DNA from: Octopus vulgaris
Lineage: Eukaryota
Direction: 5' to 3'
Length of the DNA stretch: 64,000 bases
Assembly: GCA_951406725.2 (NCBI GenBank)
Contig: OX597818.1
Coordinates: forward strand, 98,456,001 to 98,520,000
Shown here: piece after piece, positions 28,101 through 40,138 of the stretch
How positions within the stretch are numbered: the first letter of the stretch is position 1
How the letters are laid out: each line of letters opens with the position of its first letter
The notes under the pieces: model-generated
What the model was told of the DNA's origin: nothing
Database searches by the model: none
What the model saw: the letters and a program-made list of their open reading frames with translations, nothing else
Program-made: the position numbers and the translations under genes

Positions 28101-29900
28101 ATTTTAAAAATTTTTGTCCCAAGATGATGTTGCTATGTTACTGCTTACTAGACTACCTAAAAATAGCAGCTATACCTCACTCAAATTCTAACCTACCATC
28201 TTGATTTAGGAAAGGATAATCCTTTCTATTATAGGCACAAGGCCCAAAATTTTGGGGGAGGGGACTAGTTGATTACAGCAACTCCAGAATTTTGGTGGTG
28301 CTTAATTAATTTATTGACCCTGAAAAGATGAAAGGCAAAGTTGACTTCAGTGGAATTTGAACTCAGAATGTAGCGATGGGCGAAATATCGCTAAGCATTT
28401 CATCCAGCGTGCTACATTCTTCATTCTGTAACTGTATTTCGGGGATTCATGAAGATGCTCTTTTTAAGACTTCTTTATATCTAATATGAGAATGAATTGG
28501 TATACAGGCCCGTTATGAAGATAAGAAAGTATGTGTTTCAGTGAATAAAATTACTGAAAGAGTTATTGCTACTGAGAAGGGATATCCCTGTAAAATACTT
28601 GTTCTATGCATTAAGTCAGCAAAATGTCCCATTCATTTGTTAGTAACTCAATCTTAGGTTTCATACTTTGTATCATTTACTAAATATTGACTTGTTTTAG
28701 TCTGCCACTCATTGAATTTCATAGCAAAAGGTGGGTGTAATCAAATGGAGTAATCCTGTGGCGGTGAGCTAGCAGAATCGTTAGCACACCAGGCGAAATG
28801 CGTAGCTGTATTTTGTCTGCCGTTACGTTCTGAGTTCAAATTCCGCCGAGGTTGACTTTGCCTGTCATCCTTTTGGGCTTGATAAATAAAGTACCAGTTA
28901 CGCACTGGAGTTGATGTAATCGACTTAATCCCTTTGTCTGTCCTCTATGTTTAGCCCTTTGTGGGCAATAAAGAAATATATTTCTCATTTATTCCTGAAG
29001 AGATGAAAATTTAGATGCATGAGGGAGTTAAACATACTCTATAGAGAGACAAAACTAAACATTGTAGAACATTTAGATCAACATTTAATTAGATTTGCAA
29101 GCTTTCCAACCCCTTCTCTTTGTTTAATCTAAGATTAATGCTATTTATGAAGTCATAATCTGTTGTTATCTTTTCTTTAATTTAATTCTCTAATGTTCAT
29201 ATTTTAAATAATATTTATGTTATTTTTCCTTTTTTTCTTTTCAATTATAGAGTCTGGACATATTCAGTTATGGCAATTCCTAATTAAGCTTCTGTGTGAC
29301 AAAACAAACAATAATTGCATTCGTTGGGAAGGAGATGAAGGTCATTTCACTATTCTGAACCAAGAAGAGTTAGCTAAGCGATGGGGTGAACGTAAGCGAC
29401 GTAAACAGATGACTTATGAGAAACTCTCCCGTGCAATTCGGTATTATTATGATAAAAACTATGTACATAAAATTCATGGAAAGAAAGCAACTTATAAATT
29501 TAATTTTGATGAGTTGCTGAAATCATCGAGCCGTCCAAGCCATCAGTCAAAGAATAAGGAAACTGATGAATCAACAACCATGGTTCAGTCATATGATATT
29601 TCGAGTTTCCCTGCCACAATGCCTGTAACACCAGCTTCTTCATCGTCTCCTTCTTCATCGATGCAAAGTACTTCATCAGGTATAGTTTTCAATAGTAAAA
29701 GACCACTGAATACATCCTCTCCCTATGGCTCCGAGTTACCTGAGTATTCACCACCTCTGACCAGCAAGAAACAAAAATTACCCTATATTCCAAATATGTC
29801 GCAGCCTTGTTACAGCCTGGAGCAACATTTCAATCAGAATAGTCCCTATCTAGATGCATCAAGCCTTTTCAATGAAGAGAATACACAAACTTACTATTGA
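11274..29900 (+). CDS. ETS-domain transcription factor, divergent ERG/FLI1-like; spliced model of 10 coding exons, ~489 aa from ATG 11342 (5' end may be incomplete)
   Basis: Exons 11274-11594, 13502-13588, 14985-15029, 15466-15519, 18498-18536, 19802-19855, 20851-20904, 21501-21674, 27870-27929, 29251-29900 all have pyrimidine-tract/AG acceptors and (except the terminal exon) GT donors, and join into one open frame ending at TGA 29898-29900. The last exon encodes an ETS domain ([37 protein letters not shown]). Confidence 0.9.
13502..13588 (+). CDS. ETS gene internal exon, 87 nt ([28 protein letters not shown])
   Basis: ttgcag| acceptor, T|gtaagt donor, phase 1-1, open in frame. Confidence 0.8.
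14985..15029 (+). CDS. ETS gene micro-exon, 45 nt ([14 protein letters not shown])
   Basis: tttctcttgtag| acceptor, CAG|gtaaat donor, phase 1-1. Confidence 0.75.
15466..15519 (+). CDS. ETS gene small exon, 54 nt ([17 protein letters not shown])
   Basis: ttttgtcattctag| acceptor, CAG|gtacta donor, phase 1-1. Confidence 0.7.
16163..16518 (+). mobile_element. SINE family B copy (3' end lost) in an ETS intron
   Basis: High identity to 7935-8345; ends abruptly at ...CAGCATGGCCACAG. Confidence 0.88.
16975..17125 (+). mobile_element. SINE/LINE 3' fragment 'family D' with (GAT)n tail
   Basis: GGTTGGCATTAGGAAGG..ATCCA.CTGTAGAAACC...CCAT.GCAGCATGGAA..GATGACGATGATG; related copies at ~10350-10455(-), 10955-11130, 20285(-), 22080-22245. 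Confidence 0.65.
17275..17441 (-). mobile_element. Short Penelope pLTR-like element carrying a hammerhead-like motif ('family E')
   Basis: Homologous copies at ~27390-27560(+), ~33815-33990(-), ~43258-43450(-); flanked by (TA)n. Confidence 0.6.
17357..17392 (-). ncRNA. Minimal type-I hammerhead ribozyme-like motif, variant core
   Basis: Minus strand: CUUU CUGUAGA A GAGC-guaa-GCUC GAAA CG UA AAAG (stem I CUUU/AAAG, stem II GAGC/GCUC, palindromic ACGU stem III). Confidence 0.5.
17520..17904 (+). mobile_element. Non-autonomous Helitron
   Basis: 5' TC after A; 3' GC hairpin (CCTGAGCAACGCCGGG) followed by CTAG|T; no TSD; shares its 5' ~200 bp with the 47581-48699 element. Confidence 0.8.
18498..18536 (+). 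CDS. ETS gene micro-exon, 39 nt ([12 protein letters not shown])
   Basis: Long pyrimidine tract + acaacag| acceptor, T|gtaagt donor, phase 1-1. Confidence 0.75.
19802..19855 (+). CDS. ETS gene small exon, 54 nt ([17 protein letters not shown])
   Basis: ctcttccacag|cag acceptor (NAGNAG), A|gtaagt donor, phase 1-1. Confidence 0.78.
20851..20904 (+). CDS. ETS gene small exon, 54 nt ([17 protein letters not shown])
   Basis: tctttttcag| acceptor, A|gtaagt donor, phase 1-1. Confidence 0.78.
21501..21674 (+). CDS. ETS gene exon, 174 nt, Asn/Ser-rich with basic NLS-like end ([10 protein letters not shown])
   Basis: Poly-T + gctacag| acceptor, G|gtaagt donor, phase 1-1; lies inside ORF 21407-21724. 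Confidence 0.82.
22658..22891. repeat. 77-bp inverted repeat (76/77 identity, 80-bp spacer), probable inverted Penelope pLTR remnant
   Basis: 22658-22734 is the reverse complement of 22815-22891 with one mismatch; embedded between (TA)n tracts. Confidence 0.9.
25974..26182 (+). mobile_element. Penelope pLTR-like fold-back insertion with hammerhead motif and 10-bp TSD
   Basis: Arms 25972-26038 and 26077-26143 are inverted; ccttgataat at 25964-25973 and 26183-26192. Confidence 0.7.
26045..26088 (+). ncRNA. Minimal type-I hammerhead ribozyme-like motif (sense to the ETS pre-mRNA)
   Basis: ACAC CUGAAGA A GGCUG-gaggguauau-CGGCC GAAA UG UU GUGU. Confidence 0.6.
27870..27929 (+). CDS. ETS gene penultimate exon, 60 nt ([19 protein letters not shown])
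   Basis: ttatttcag| acceptor, CAG|gtaagg donor; resembles the ERG/FLI1 pre-ETS exon DPYQILGPTSSRLANP (recalled from memory). Confidence 0.85.
29251..29900 (+). CDS. ETS gene terminal coding exon: whole ETS domain plus Ser/Pro/Tyr-rich C-terminal tail
   Basis: tcaattatag| acceptor; [16 protein letters not shown]...[31 protein letters not shown]; stop TGA at 29898-29900. Confidence 0.95.
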
Positions 29901-31709
29901 CTCGGAACCTGAAAATGAACTTTGGCTAATGAATTCTGGAAACTTGTAACTCACTACCAGTATGTCTTTTGGTATGGAATACTGGTTTAAAGGGCTGGAG
30001 GTTATAGCCAGCTATGGTGAAAACAAAAATACGAAGAAAGGAATTGTGATGTATGCAAGAAAAGTAGAACTTTTCATGATATCCAACTGTGGATAGTAAA
30101 GTATCTGCTATTTACTTTGCTCAATGAAAACCACTTGTTTCATTTATGATATTTGTCAAGTCATTAATGAAATAAACTTAATGAGTTAAAAGCATCTGAC
30201 TCTTGTTGGACATTTCGAAGAGTACTATTATATCAATGTTGTAAGTTCAAACACTGCCATACATTTCTTTTGTAAAAGAGTTTGTTTGTAAACCAATAGA
30301 AAAATGGTTGTTATAAAATGATTTATTGAGGGGAAAAAAATTAGAAAAAAAAAGGAAACCATGTAAACTATTTTTAGATAACCTAAAAATTGTTTACTTA
30401 AGGAAGATAAACATACACTGCTGAGCATCATTGCATAAGTGTATTTATGTTCAGAAAGTTCATATATATAATTTGAAAATATCAATTTGAATGACTCTGG
30501 ACTTGTGATAAGCAATATAAGTTTATTCTATCCTGAGGACTAAGCAAACTTACTTTTTTATCCAACACCAACATATTTTGCTGCCGTTTTCTATATTTAC
30601 TAGGAAATTACTCGATTTTTGTATGTTATCTGAAATAAAGATGGGACGGGAACCCCAAAGAGTAACTCCTATTTTTCCAACAAATTGTGCCTTTTGTCAA
30701 GCAAATGTTGAACCAGATGGCAGTGCTATGTGTTCTGAGATATAATATCCATGCTTTCATGAGCACATGTTCTATCGAAGATAAACCAGTTGTTTTTCTG
30801 TTTCTCTACATGCCACTTACTGAAAATCTGAAGCTGACAATTATGTACATACGACTATGTGAGTGTTTATATGTGTGTATGAATGCATCTGTTTGCAAGT
30901 ATTTGAATGTTTGTGTTTTTTTTTTATGGTTAAGTGTATTTATATGCATTTATTTTTTTATACAATTGTATGTGTACTGTTTATTCTCTTATCAGATTGT
31001 ATCTGTGTCAGAAAAAAAGATTATTGGTTAATGTTTTTATATTTTCATGATAAAATAGTAATTAACAATTGAATTTTTTTCAACAAATTCCGATTTATTT
31101 AAAGAAAGTAAAACCGAAAAAAATATGAGTCATTTTTTTATTATTTTTTTAATTAAATGTTGTCCATGTTGGATTGTTTATGCCAGCTGTAGGTTAATTA
31201 ATTCCTGCTCTAATTGCAGTCAAAAATGTAGATACATTATTTGATTATGGTAAGCAATTAAATAGAACCTGTTAGATTGCTGGACGATCATGCTAGCAGC
31301 TGAGTTGATTTCTCTAATTCCACAATTGAAAACAGCTTACCAGATATTTATAACAATCTATATTTATACTGACCTTAATATTTATCATGTCCAGATCAAA
31401 TTATCTTGTTATATTTGGATATAACATTTGTTGCATCCTTAATTGCAAAGAATGTTAGATTTATCCAATATCATTTAATTTATAATCTTTTCTTTTTTTA
31501 CTCGGTATTTGAGCAATGTTCTAATAGTAAGTCTTGCAGTTACTGTTAAACATTAGCATCCTGTTATTCTGAAGCTGTGATTGTCCAAACAATTGTGATG
31601 TTCTGCAATTGTGATATCTCTGCTGATTTCATTGTTTCTTATACAGCTTCAGCTTGAGTGAAAATAAAAAAAAAGAATTATACAAATTACTTTTATCTGC
31701 TCTCTTACA

Positions 31710-31753
31710 TGCATGCATACACACTCACACACATATATGTCCATGCATATACA

Positions 31754-31804
<51 letters not shown>

Positions 31805-31943
31805 ATGTATGTATGTATATGTGTCTGTGTGTGTGTGTATATATATATATGTATGCATATATATATATATATATATATATATGCATACACACATATATAT
31901 ATATACATATATACATATGTAAGGATATATATATCTGTGTGTG

Positions 31944-31992
<49 letters not shown>

Positions 31993-32207
31993 CATATATG
32001 TATGTATATATATGCATTTATGTATATGTACATATACATACATATATATATAATGTATATATACATATGTGTATATATATATATATAATATATGTACATA
32101 TGTGTATATATATATATATAATGTATATACACATATGTGTGTATATATATGTATATACATACATATCTATTTATATACATACACGTGTATATATGTATAT
32201 GAATCTG

Positions 32208-32256
<49 letters not shown>

Positions 32257-32342
32257 ATACATATGTATATATATACATAAGTATATATTATACATTTGTG
32301 TATATGTATATATATGTATACATATGTATATGTGTGTGTGTG

Positions 32343-32378
<36 letters not shown>

Positions 32379-32440
32379 GTATATATTCATATGTACTCAT
32401 AAATACATGCACACATACCCACCCACACACACACCTTACT
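31710..32440. repeat. Compound (TA)/(TG)/(CA) microsatellite field in the putative 3' UTR
   Basis: Direct reading; source of the many YI/VC/HT ORFs in the track. Confidence 0.95.
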
Positions 32441-32844
32441 TCTCTGTGCCTGCATGTTATTCAATCGTCTTCCTACATTTGATCTCGGCTAAACATTCAA
32501 CATGCTGGAAAAGACAACTGTGAGAAAAGAAAAGACAAAAAAAAAAATAACTAACAAAAATAACTATTTTAAATGATCAGCAACAAAGAAAAAGAAAAAT
32601 CAACCATTTTGGGAAAGTTGATTTTTATATAAAAAATACCATTCTATTTTATATATTTCCATTTTTTGTATCATGTGATGTCAAAAATATTTTCCTTTCA
32701 TTCGAAATGGATAAATTATAAAGAATGGATTATAAAAAAATCAATACATGGGGAAAATTATAACATATTTTTGTATATAAATCATTGTATAAAGAAAAAA
32801 ATCCCAGAACAATCAAAATTATTGTAGAAAAACCTTCTTTAAGG

Positions 32845-32910
32845 AATAAAATAAATCTGTAACAAAGTTCATTGGACTTTTTTTCTTTTTTTTTTTGTGA
32901 ATTGTTTTAT
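32845..32910 (+). terminator. Probable distal polyadenylation site of the ETS gene
   Basis: Overlapping AATAAA at 32845-32850 and 32850-32855, followed ~25 nt later by a T/GT-rich element. No SINEs seen between the stop codon and this site. Confidence 0.6.
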
Positions 32911-33056
32911 TTCTTGGATCTTTTGAATATTCTTCCAGCCACTTGATTATTTTAAATTTTCACCAGACTCTTTTTCTTTTTTCTTTTTGCATTTTCTTCA
33001 TTGATATAGCTTTGCATTGTGATGATGAAAATTACATTTCCTTTTCCTCTTCTACT

Positions 33057-33442
33057 CTCTTTTACTTTTTTCAGTCATTTGACTGTGGCCATGCTGGAGC
33101 ACCGCCTTTAGTCGAGGAAATCGACCCCAGGACTTATTCTTTGTAAGCCTAGTACTTATGCTATCGGTCTCTTTTGCTGAACTGCTAAGTTACGGGGATG
33201 TAAACACACCAGCATCGGTTGTCAAGCGATGTTGGGGGGTAACAAACATATACACACACATATACATATACATATATTCAATGGGCTTCTTTCAGTTTCC
33301 GTCTACCAAATCCACTCACAAGGTTTTGGTCAGCCCGAGGCTGTAGTAGAAGACATTTGCCCAAGGTGCCACACAGTGGGACTGAATCCAGAACCATATG
33401 GTTGGTAAGCAAGCTACTTACCACACAGCCACTCCTATGCCT
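33057..33442 (-). mobile_element. SINE family B, full length
   Basis: Reverse complement of 7935-8345. Confidence 0.9.
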
Positions 33443-34689
33443 ACACTGTTCATTTACTTTATGCAAGAACTATAGAATGTCATTTTGTTATTTTGAACTA
33501 GTATTGCTTCTGTTGCCAATAAAAAGTTTTTACCCAATATGTCGGTGATTTGCGATACCAGTGATTTGTTGATGCCTCTTTTTCTATATCAGTAGCTGCA
33601 AAATTTGTCTAAGCATGCTATTGAATACTTGCAACTGATAGTGCTCTAAGAAGTGGGAATCTAGATTTAGTAATTCCACTATCGCTGCTGGACGCTTTTT
33701 ATCTGCTTTTGACATACTTCTGTGATTTTTGATATTATATGTCTATATGAAGTGCTTTCTCGAGGCGAATACCATTCTTGTTTGGTTTTTACAGTGTATC
33801 TACATTAAGTATGATCAAAAGCAAAAAAACAAAAGACAGAGAGAGGTGAGGGAACAACCAAACAAATTATATTAGTTTAACGATCAAGAAGAATGGAAGT
33901 ATCTTTGACGTTTCATGCCTATGCTCTTATACAGAAATGAATGAAGAGAGAAAACCAATATGTGTTTATGTATTTACAAACCACGATGAACTTCTATCTC
34001 AGTGCTATAACAGAAGGCACTTATCTAAGATGCCATGAAGTGCAATTGAACTTGAAACCGTGTAGTTGTTAAGCGAACTTCTCAACCACAATGTATATCC
34101 TTATAAGAGAGACAGATGGAAATGAACAGAATGGCTTCACTCTAAAGACCCTGCGCTTCCTCTGACTTGTAGATAAAGAAATAGTTGTTTTAATTAGCCC
34201 TTGTCTAGTACTTATTATATCGGCTTCACAGTGATAGAAGGTAAATTCGCTCCTAGTAAAATTTAAACTCACAATTTTTGCTCCTTGATCCTACATTTTT
34301 CAAAACTTGATTCCGTCTGTAATATAGTTTCAAGAGTTGGCACAAGGCCAGCAATTTTAAGGGGAAGGGTAAGTTGAATGCATCGACCTCAGTACTTTAC
34401 TGGTACTTATTTTATCATCACCAAAAAGGATGAAAAGCAAAGCTGACGTTGGTGGAATTTGAACCCAGAACGTAAAGAGCTAGATGAAACGCCGCTAAGC
34501 ATTTTGTTCGACACGCTACCGTGATTGAACGCAAACGTACAAGTGAGAAGAAAAGAAAACATACAGAGTTCCTGAAAATAGATACCAAGGGCAAAAAATA
34601 TTAAATTGTACGAAAAAGTCCTCAAAAGAGGGAGGTGGGATGAATTTTAAAAAAATATTGCTAAATAAAATTGATACGAGATATTCGTA

Positions 34690-36555
34690 TCAATCGGAGC
34701 TAATTGTGTCTTGTTTTTTGTTCCCTGTTAGACGTAAGTCACCTTGTTAAATATTTGTTGAAGTTCTCCCCTCGTAGGTGTACTTATGATTATTAAGTGT
34801 TGCTGTTACTGTTACTGTTGAATTGTTTGTTTTCGTCCCATTTGTGGGAAGGTGAAGAAACTACCAGCTGGAAGCCAAAGTTATGCGACAACAACTAGTA
34901 GAGAAATAGATGTTGACGCTTTGGAGGTTCGTGAAGTAAAAGTTGAGCCGAGGAAGCTGAAAGAATGTGAGAATCTATTGAAAAAGGAGGGAAACACGTT
35001 AAAATTAACACCGCCTGAGAAACTCACAAGCAGTGTAACCAAGAGAACAGTGATTTTTAAAACGCTAAAGGTATCAAGCAAGAAGATTGAAATAGCAACG
35101 ATTGAAGCTATTGAGGAATACTTGAAAGAGATAAAGAAACTAACGACGTTTATTACAAGAGGAAAGAAGCATGGCACAGTGGAGGTGCGTTTCGCGACGG
35201 AAAATGAAGCGATAAAGCCTTCCACTGAAATGGGTACTTTTGCCGACGTACTGTAGCAAGCGTGTTGCCAGGGTGAGAGTCGGCAAAGTACCTCCAGAAA
35301 TAAAGGAAACATGGCTGATGGCAGCCATAGTGTTTAATATGGAAGAGGAAGCCAAAATACTCAAGGCGACGAGAACCTAAAGGTTGAATTGTTGGAGGTG
35401 TGGCATAGAGATGGCCATACAAGCGAGTTTGGAAGATCTAAACAGAATTGCAGAGGAAATTGTTTTTCCCGAGGATATAAGGCTGAGAGTGGTGGTGGAG
35501 GGTAGGCCTCCCATATGCTACTTATGTAGAGAGAAAGGCCATATGAAGGTGATAGTGCCCACAGAGAGAAAAGGAACAACAGATGAAACAGACTGAGGAG
35601 CAGGAGAGTGTGGACCAAGTGGTGCACGATGATGTAAAGGAGACGGCAAGAACAGAGGAATTCACGGTAGTCAAAAAGAGAAAGAGAAGTGAAAGAGTGA
35701 GCTCTCCACCAGAAAAAGAGAAAAGAAGTGGTTAAGGAGGTAGAGAAAGAGGTTGAGAATAAAGTCGAAAAGGAAGAAGGTAAGAGGATGGTTGACAAGG
35801 AAATTGAAAAGGAGCTCGAGGAGGGGTTTCAGAACGAGGAGACCGCAGCAAAGACACTGGTTATACCAGTGGAGGAGAAAGATTTAGGCAAACAACAGCA
35901 TGAAGGTGAAATGGCGACACTGTTCAGAGTGGAGGAGGATAAGGAAAAAGAAAAGGTACTAAAGGTAGAGCAAGGAAAAGGAAAACAAATAAGAAAGGCA
36001 AAAAAGCATAGGTGGAATTTTGAAACATACGCGAAGAACACAGAAACTGAGAGAAAAATAATGAAATTTAAATCCATTATAAAGGTGAAGTTACCCACAG
36101 ATATCTATTCGGAAAATGTGAAGGCTATTGTAGTCGATAAGGAGGGATATAATAGGCTGCAAGACATGTGTGGAAGTGGCATTCATCCGCCAGGAGTTGT
36201 GGTGGAATTTGATGAATTGCCGCCAGTGGTTGATTAAAAAGAACTTGAAATCTTTATGAAACATGAAAAAAGTAAAAAAAAAAAATGTAAGTAAAATTGT
36301 TTTATTTAAAAAAAGAGAAAAAAACCAATGATAATGAAAAAAAAACAAAGAAGAAAGAACAATTGTAAACTGCATTTAAATGTTCAAATGGTTCTACATG
36401 GGAGTTGGGCTCATGCAGCTATTTCATTTTCATTATTATATAACAGCTTTCTCATTTTCATTCGTTTTACGCTTTTTTTTGTCCCCACTGTGGTGTTCTG
36501 TCGGTCCTTGTGCTGTCCCTTGTGTGATGGCCATAGTGCCAAAATAAAGTAAGTA
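34690..36555 (+). mobile_element. Degenerate L1/Tx1-like ORF1 (gag-like) element lacking ORF2
   Basis: Broken ORFs 34852-35256, 35384-35596 (VVVEGRPPICYLCREKGH zinc knuckle) and 35728-36237 (Glu/Lys-rich), then a short 3' tail ending CCCTTGTGTGATGGCC..AATAAAG; no EN/RT. Confidence 0.7.
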
Positions 36556-38552
36556 GGCGGTCAGAGATAGTTGTTTACGGGTTTACTAAGTATACTGTAT
36601 ACTGAAGTGGGCACTACAACAAAGGTCAATAATGGCCTTCGATTTTTTTTTGCATGGTATCTGCAACTGGTTGGGAGGAGTAGGGACACTATAATTCGCG
36701 GGTTATCTCCAGATCAGAATCCAGCCCAGATATCAAGTCTACCACTCAAGAACGGACACATTTCACCTGATGGCCTTCCATAATATTTTCGTCTGTCCCA
36801 AATCTACTCACAGACCTTGAGTTGACCTGAAGCTATGATTGTAGACATTTGTCTAAGAGTCGTGCAGTGTAATTGAAAAGGGTTATCTTATACATAATCA
36901 TACGGTCTCATTCATAGTATTTTTACGAACGAACAAGGAATCTGCTACACGTTTGATTGATATGTTAAATATTATAGGCTCGTTCTCTTTAAATTACATC
37001 CTACCGTTTTTAAGAAAGGAAAGAAATATTGGATAATGTAATCCCTGATACACACAAAACTAAGGCATGTTTATGGCTCGAACATCTTTGATAATAAATA
37101 CGCTGGATCAGAGCTGACCTAAGGTAATAACGTGTTTCTTTGTCCTGTGGTTTGTTATTCTTTTAACAGTAAAGTATTTCTTAGGTCTGTCATGAACTCC
37201 AGGACTCATAAACCAGAAGCTTAACCCAGTTTTCGTAGTGATAGAGATTGCAATACTCCACCCCCACTGAACGGGACACCAGTCCGTCGCATGGTTATCT
37301 TCCCAGTTATTGCTGGAATTCATTTACAGCTGCGTGGACTGAAACAACGTGAACCGAAGTGCTTTACTAAAGAATTCAACGCACTACCCGGCCCGGGAAT
37401 CGAAACCACTAATTTACAATCGCGAGTGCAACACCCTAAACCATTAATCCACACACCTTCACGGAAAAATATTTCCAGATTCCACCTCAAACGCAGTTCT
37501 CACCTACCCTTATTTCTTACCACAGGATTCTGTTATTCTTACTTATGTTACATCTATTACAGAACCAAAATCTTTTATTTGACTCTTTCTGATATAGAAT
37601 AATTTTTTTAACACTAATTTGTCGACTGAGAATGTCATTTGGGATTCTTTAAACCTCTATGCCAACTTCTCTCAAAATGGATTCGCTGAATCGACCGAAA
37701 CGCATGATTTAATGACGATCCAAATAAACGAACCTTCATATGATCACTCAAATTACTAGGAACAACAGGTTATTCACATACCAGTCTTACATGCATCAAA
37801 TCACGTCCCAGCTCTATATATTCTTAAGAAGACGTGGTAGTATAAAAATATCTCAATAAAAATTGGGTCAAAATTAACATTAGAAAATTTCCATGAACAA
37901 TCCTGAGAAAACGAAAATACTGAAAGCGGTAACCTCGAGATATCTAACAACCAAAGTATACATTTTATTATCTCCGGGTTAGTAGCGTACATCCAATGGC
38001 AATTGTTAATTCTGGTAGTTAAACAATCTATTCTTTTAAGAATGATTATTTAATTTGAAAGATTACAATTTAAAACGTGACCGTTACAATACATATCTTT
38101 GTAGTGGAGAAATATTCTCAGTATACACCCTGAATATTAAAGTATGGATGTGAAAAGTGACGTATTTACAGTGTAAAAAGCTTTTAAATTTTGTCACACA
38201 ATTTGCTGAAAAGAACGTCTATGCAGCCTCAAGGAAATTTGATGTCATTGAGAGCATCATTAGGTTATATGGAAGAAGAAAAAATCTTAGAAGCATTTTT
38301 GCAAGAATTAATGAACAAAAGCAAAAGACGTAACAATTTCTGTGTTTGTGTTTTATGTTTTAAAATTTCCAGCAACATTATGTTGGTTTCGTGAAAATAT
38401 AGAAAGAAAAACTGTGGTTGTAATCAAGGATCGCATTGTATGAGAGGATGACATTATATGAGAGATTATTAGCTACAAAAGGTGGGGTTTGTTCTATATT
38501 TGAGATCGGTTAGTAGCTGAGTAAAATATAGATTGACCAAAGGCTTAAGAGT

Positions 38553-38805
38553 GGAGGCGCGTGGCTTAGTGGTTAGGGTGTCAGCATCATGATCGCAAGA
38601 TTGTGGTTTCGATTCCTAGACCGGGCGACGCGTTGTGTTCTTGAGCAAAACACTTCATTTCACGTTGCTCCAGTCCACTCAGCTGGCCAAAATGAGTAAC
38701 ACTGCGATGGACTGGCGTCCCATTCAGCTGGGGAACACATACGCCATTGAAACCGGGATTCCGGGCCCATGAGCCTGGCTAGGCTTTAAAAGAGCGCATT
38801 TATTT
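38553..38805 (+). mobile_element. tRNA-derived SINE 'family C' with 12-bp TSD
   Basis: GGAGGCGCGTGGCTTAGTGGTTAGGG..GGTTTCGATTCC head; TSD aaagg(c/t)ttaaga at 38539-38550 and 38806-38817; decayed copies at ~37190-37460(-), 38840, 51580. Confidence 0.85.
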
Positions 38806-39475
38806 AAAGGTTTAAGAACAACGTTCTTGTTATTGAGACAGTGTAGAAAGTACGTTACTATTGCTTCACGATCAGAATGTCATAGGTTCAATTCCTGGCC
38901 AGGGTGATGCGTTGTAGCCTTGAGCAAGGCACTTCATTTTACAATGCTCCAGTATACTCAACTGTAAATGAGTATCAGCCTAGAGCTGGTTTATCACTTT
39001 CTCTCTCCCCTCCCTCTCTCTCTCCTTCTCTCTCCCCTACCGCTCTCTCTGTCACATTCTAGATATTCCATTGGGTTAAGGGCTGTGGGTGTCTATATCT
39101 ACTCACGACTATAAAGTTACCTAAAACAATTGGCGGAAGCGTGGTACAATCTACTGAATCATATTTGTTTGCGAGAAACGGCTAAACACAGCACACTGAA
39201 CTACAATGAATGCCCCTATCTAGGTTTTTGTCAAACAGCTACACTTTCCATTCTGCTTTAATCCTGTTTCCGATGAAACTATAAGGTGTTACCCAGACAC
39301 TCAACTATAAGTCCACTGCATCTTATAGTAGAAACAACTGTAAGCTAATGAGGTCATAAGATTTGTGTTTATTCCTTTGCCATCTCATTTTCTTATTACC
39401 ACTCTGTATCTGACTAACGCTTCTTTTGGAAGCATAAGCATATTGAATTCTATACCAGTTTCGCAATGCTTAAGC

Positions 39476-39520
<45 letters not shown>

Positions 39521-40138
39521 GCATACACACATGTACATGCATGTGTATTTGTGTAGAATTACATTTTAAATTCTTTTCTCATATTTGGAATAATCTTCTA
39601 GATCACGCCATATATTGTAATGGAGCAACATGAAAGTAAAATGTTATAGCAGCAGCTTGTTAAACATCCCATCCCTTCATTGTTTCGTACAGTTTCTGTT
39701 TACTGTTTGACCGCCTCTTGCTTCTTCTGCATTATCCCATCTGTGTGACTGCGAATAAACACAAGCTAATTATTACATGATTATCATTATAATTGCATTG
39801 CAATGTATTATACACTGTATTGAATTACAGGGTGGAGTTTACAGGTGCTGTACTAACCATAATGATGTATTCGTGTTTAGTAAACGACCACTGATAACCA
39901 ACTGGTGTAGCGTAAAAGCTTCTGCATTGTGGTATGCTGAAGTAAAAACTAGAATAAACCTAATGTGCGCAGCAGGCTTCAAACTATATTTTCGTCCCTT
40001 CAATGATTTCATACTTAATATGAATTTGCTTTTGGTTTCGAATTGAGTGTCCCCATTTATTCCTCTCTTTCAGCACCTGTTCGATCCTCTGCTGCCAATT
40101 AGCAGCACATCAATGTATACTTCACTTAAGCCTTTACG

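Noticed and set aside
31649-32523. Many overlapping 70-150 aa ORFs (YIYI/VCVC/HTHT), also near 0.8-1.9, 5.1-6.1, 9.2, 42 and 45.2 kb
   Set aside because: Translations of dinucleotide and tetranucleotide microsatellites; no coding signal.
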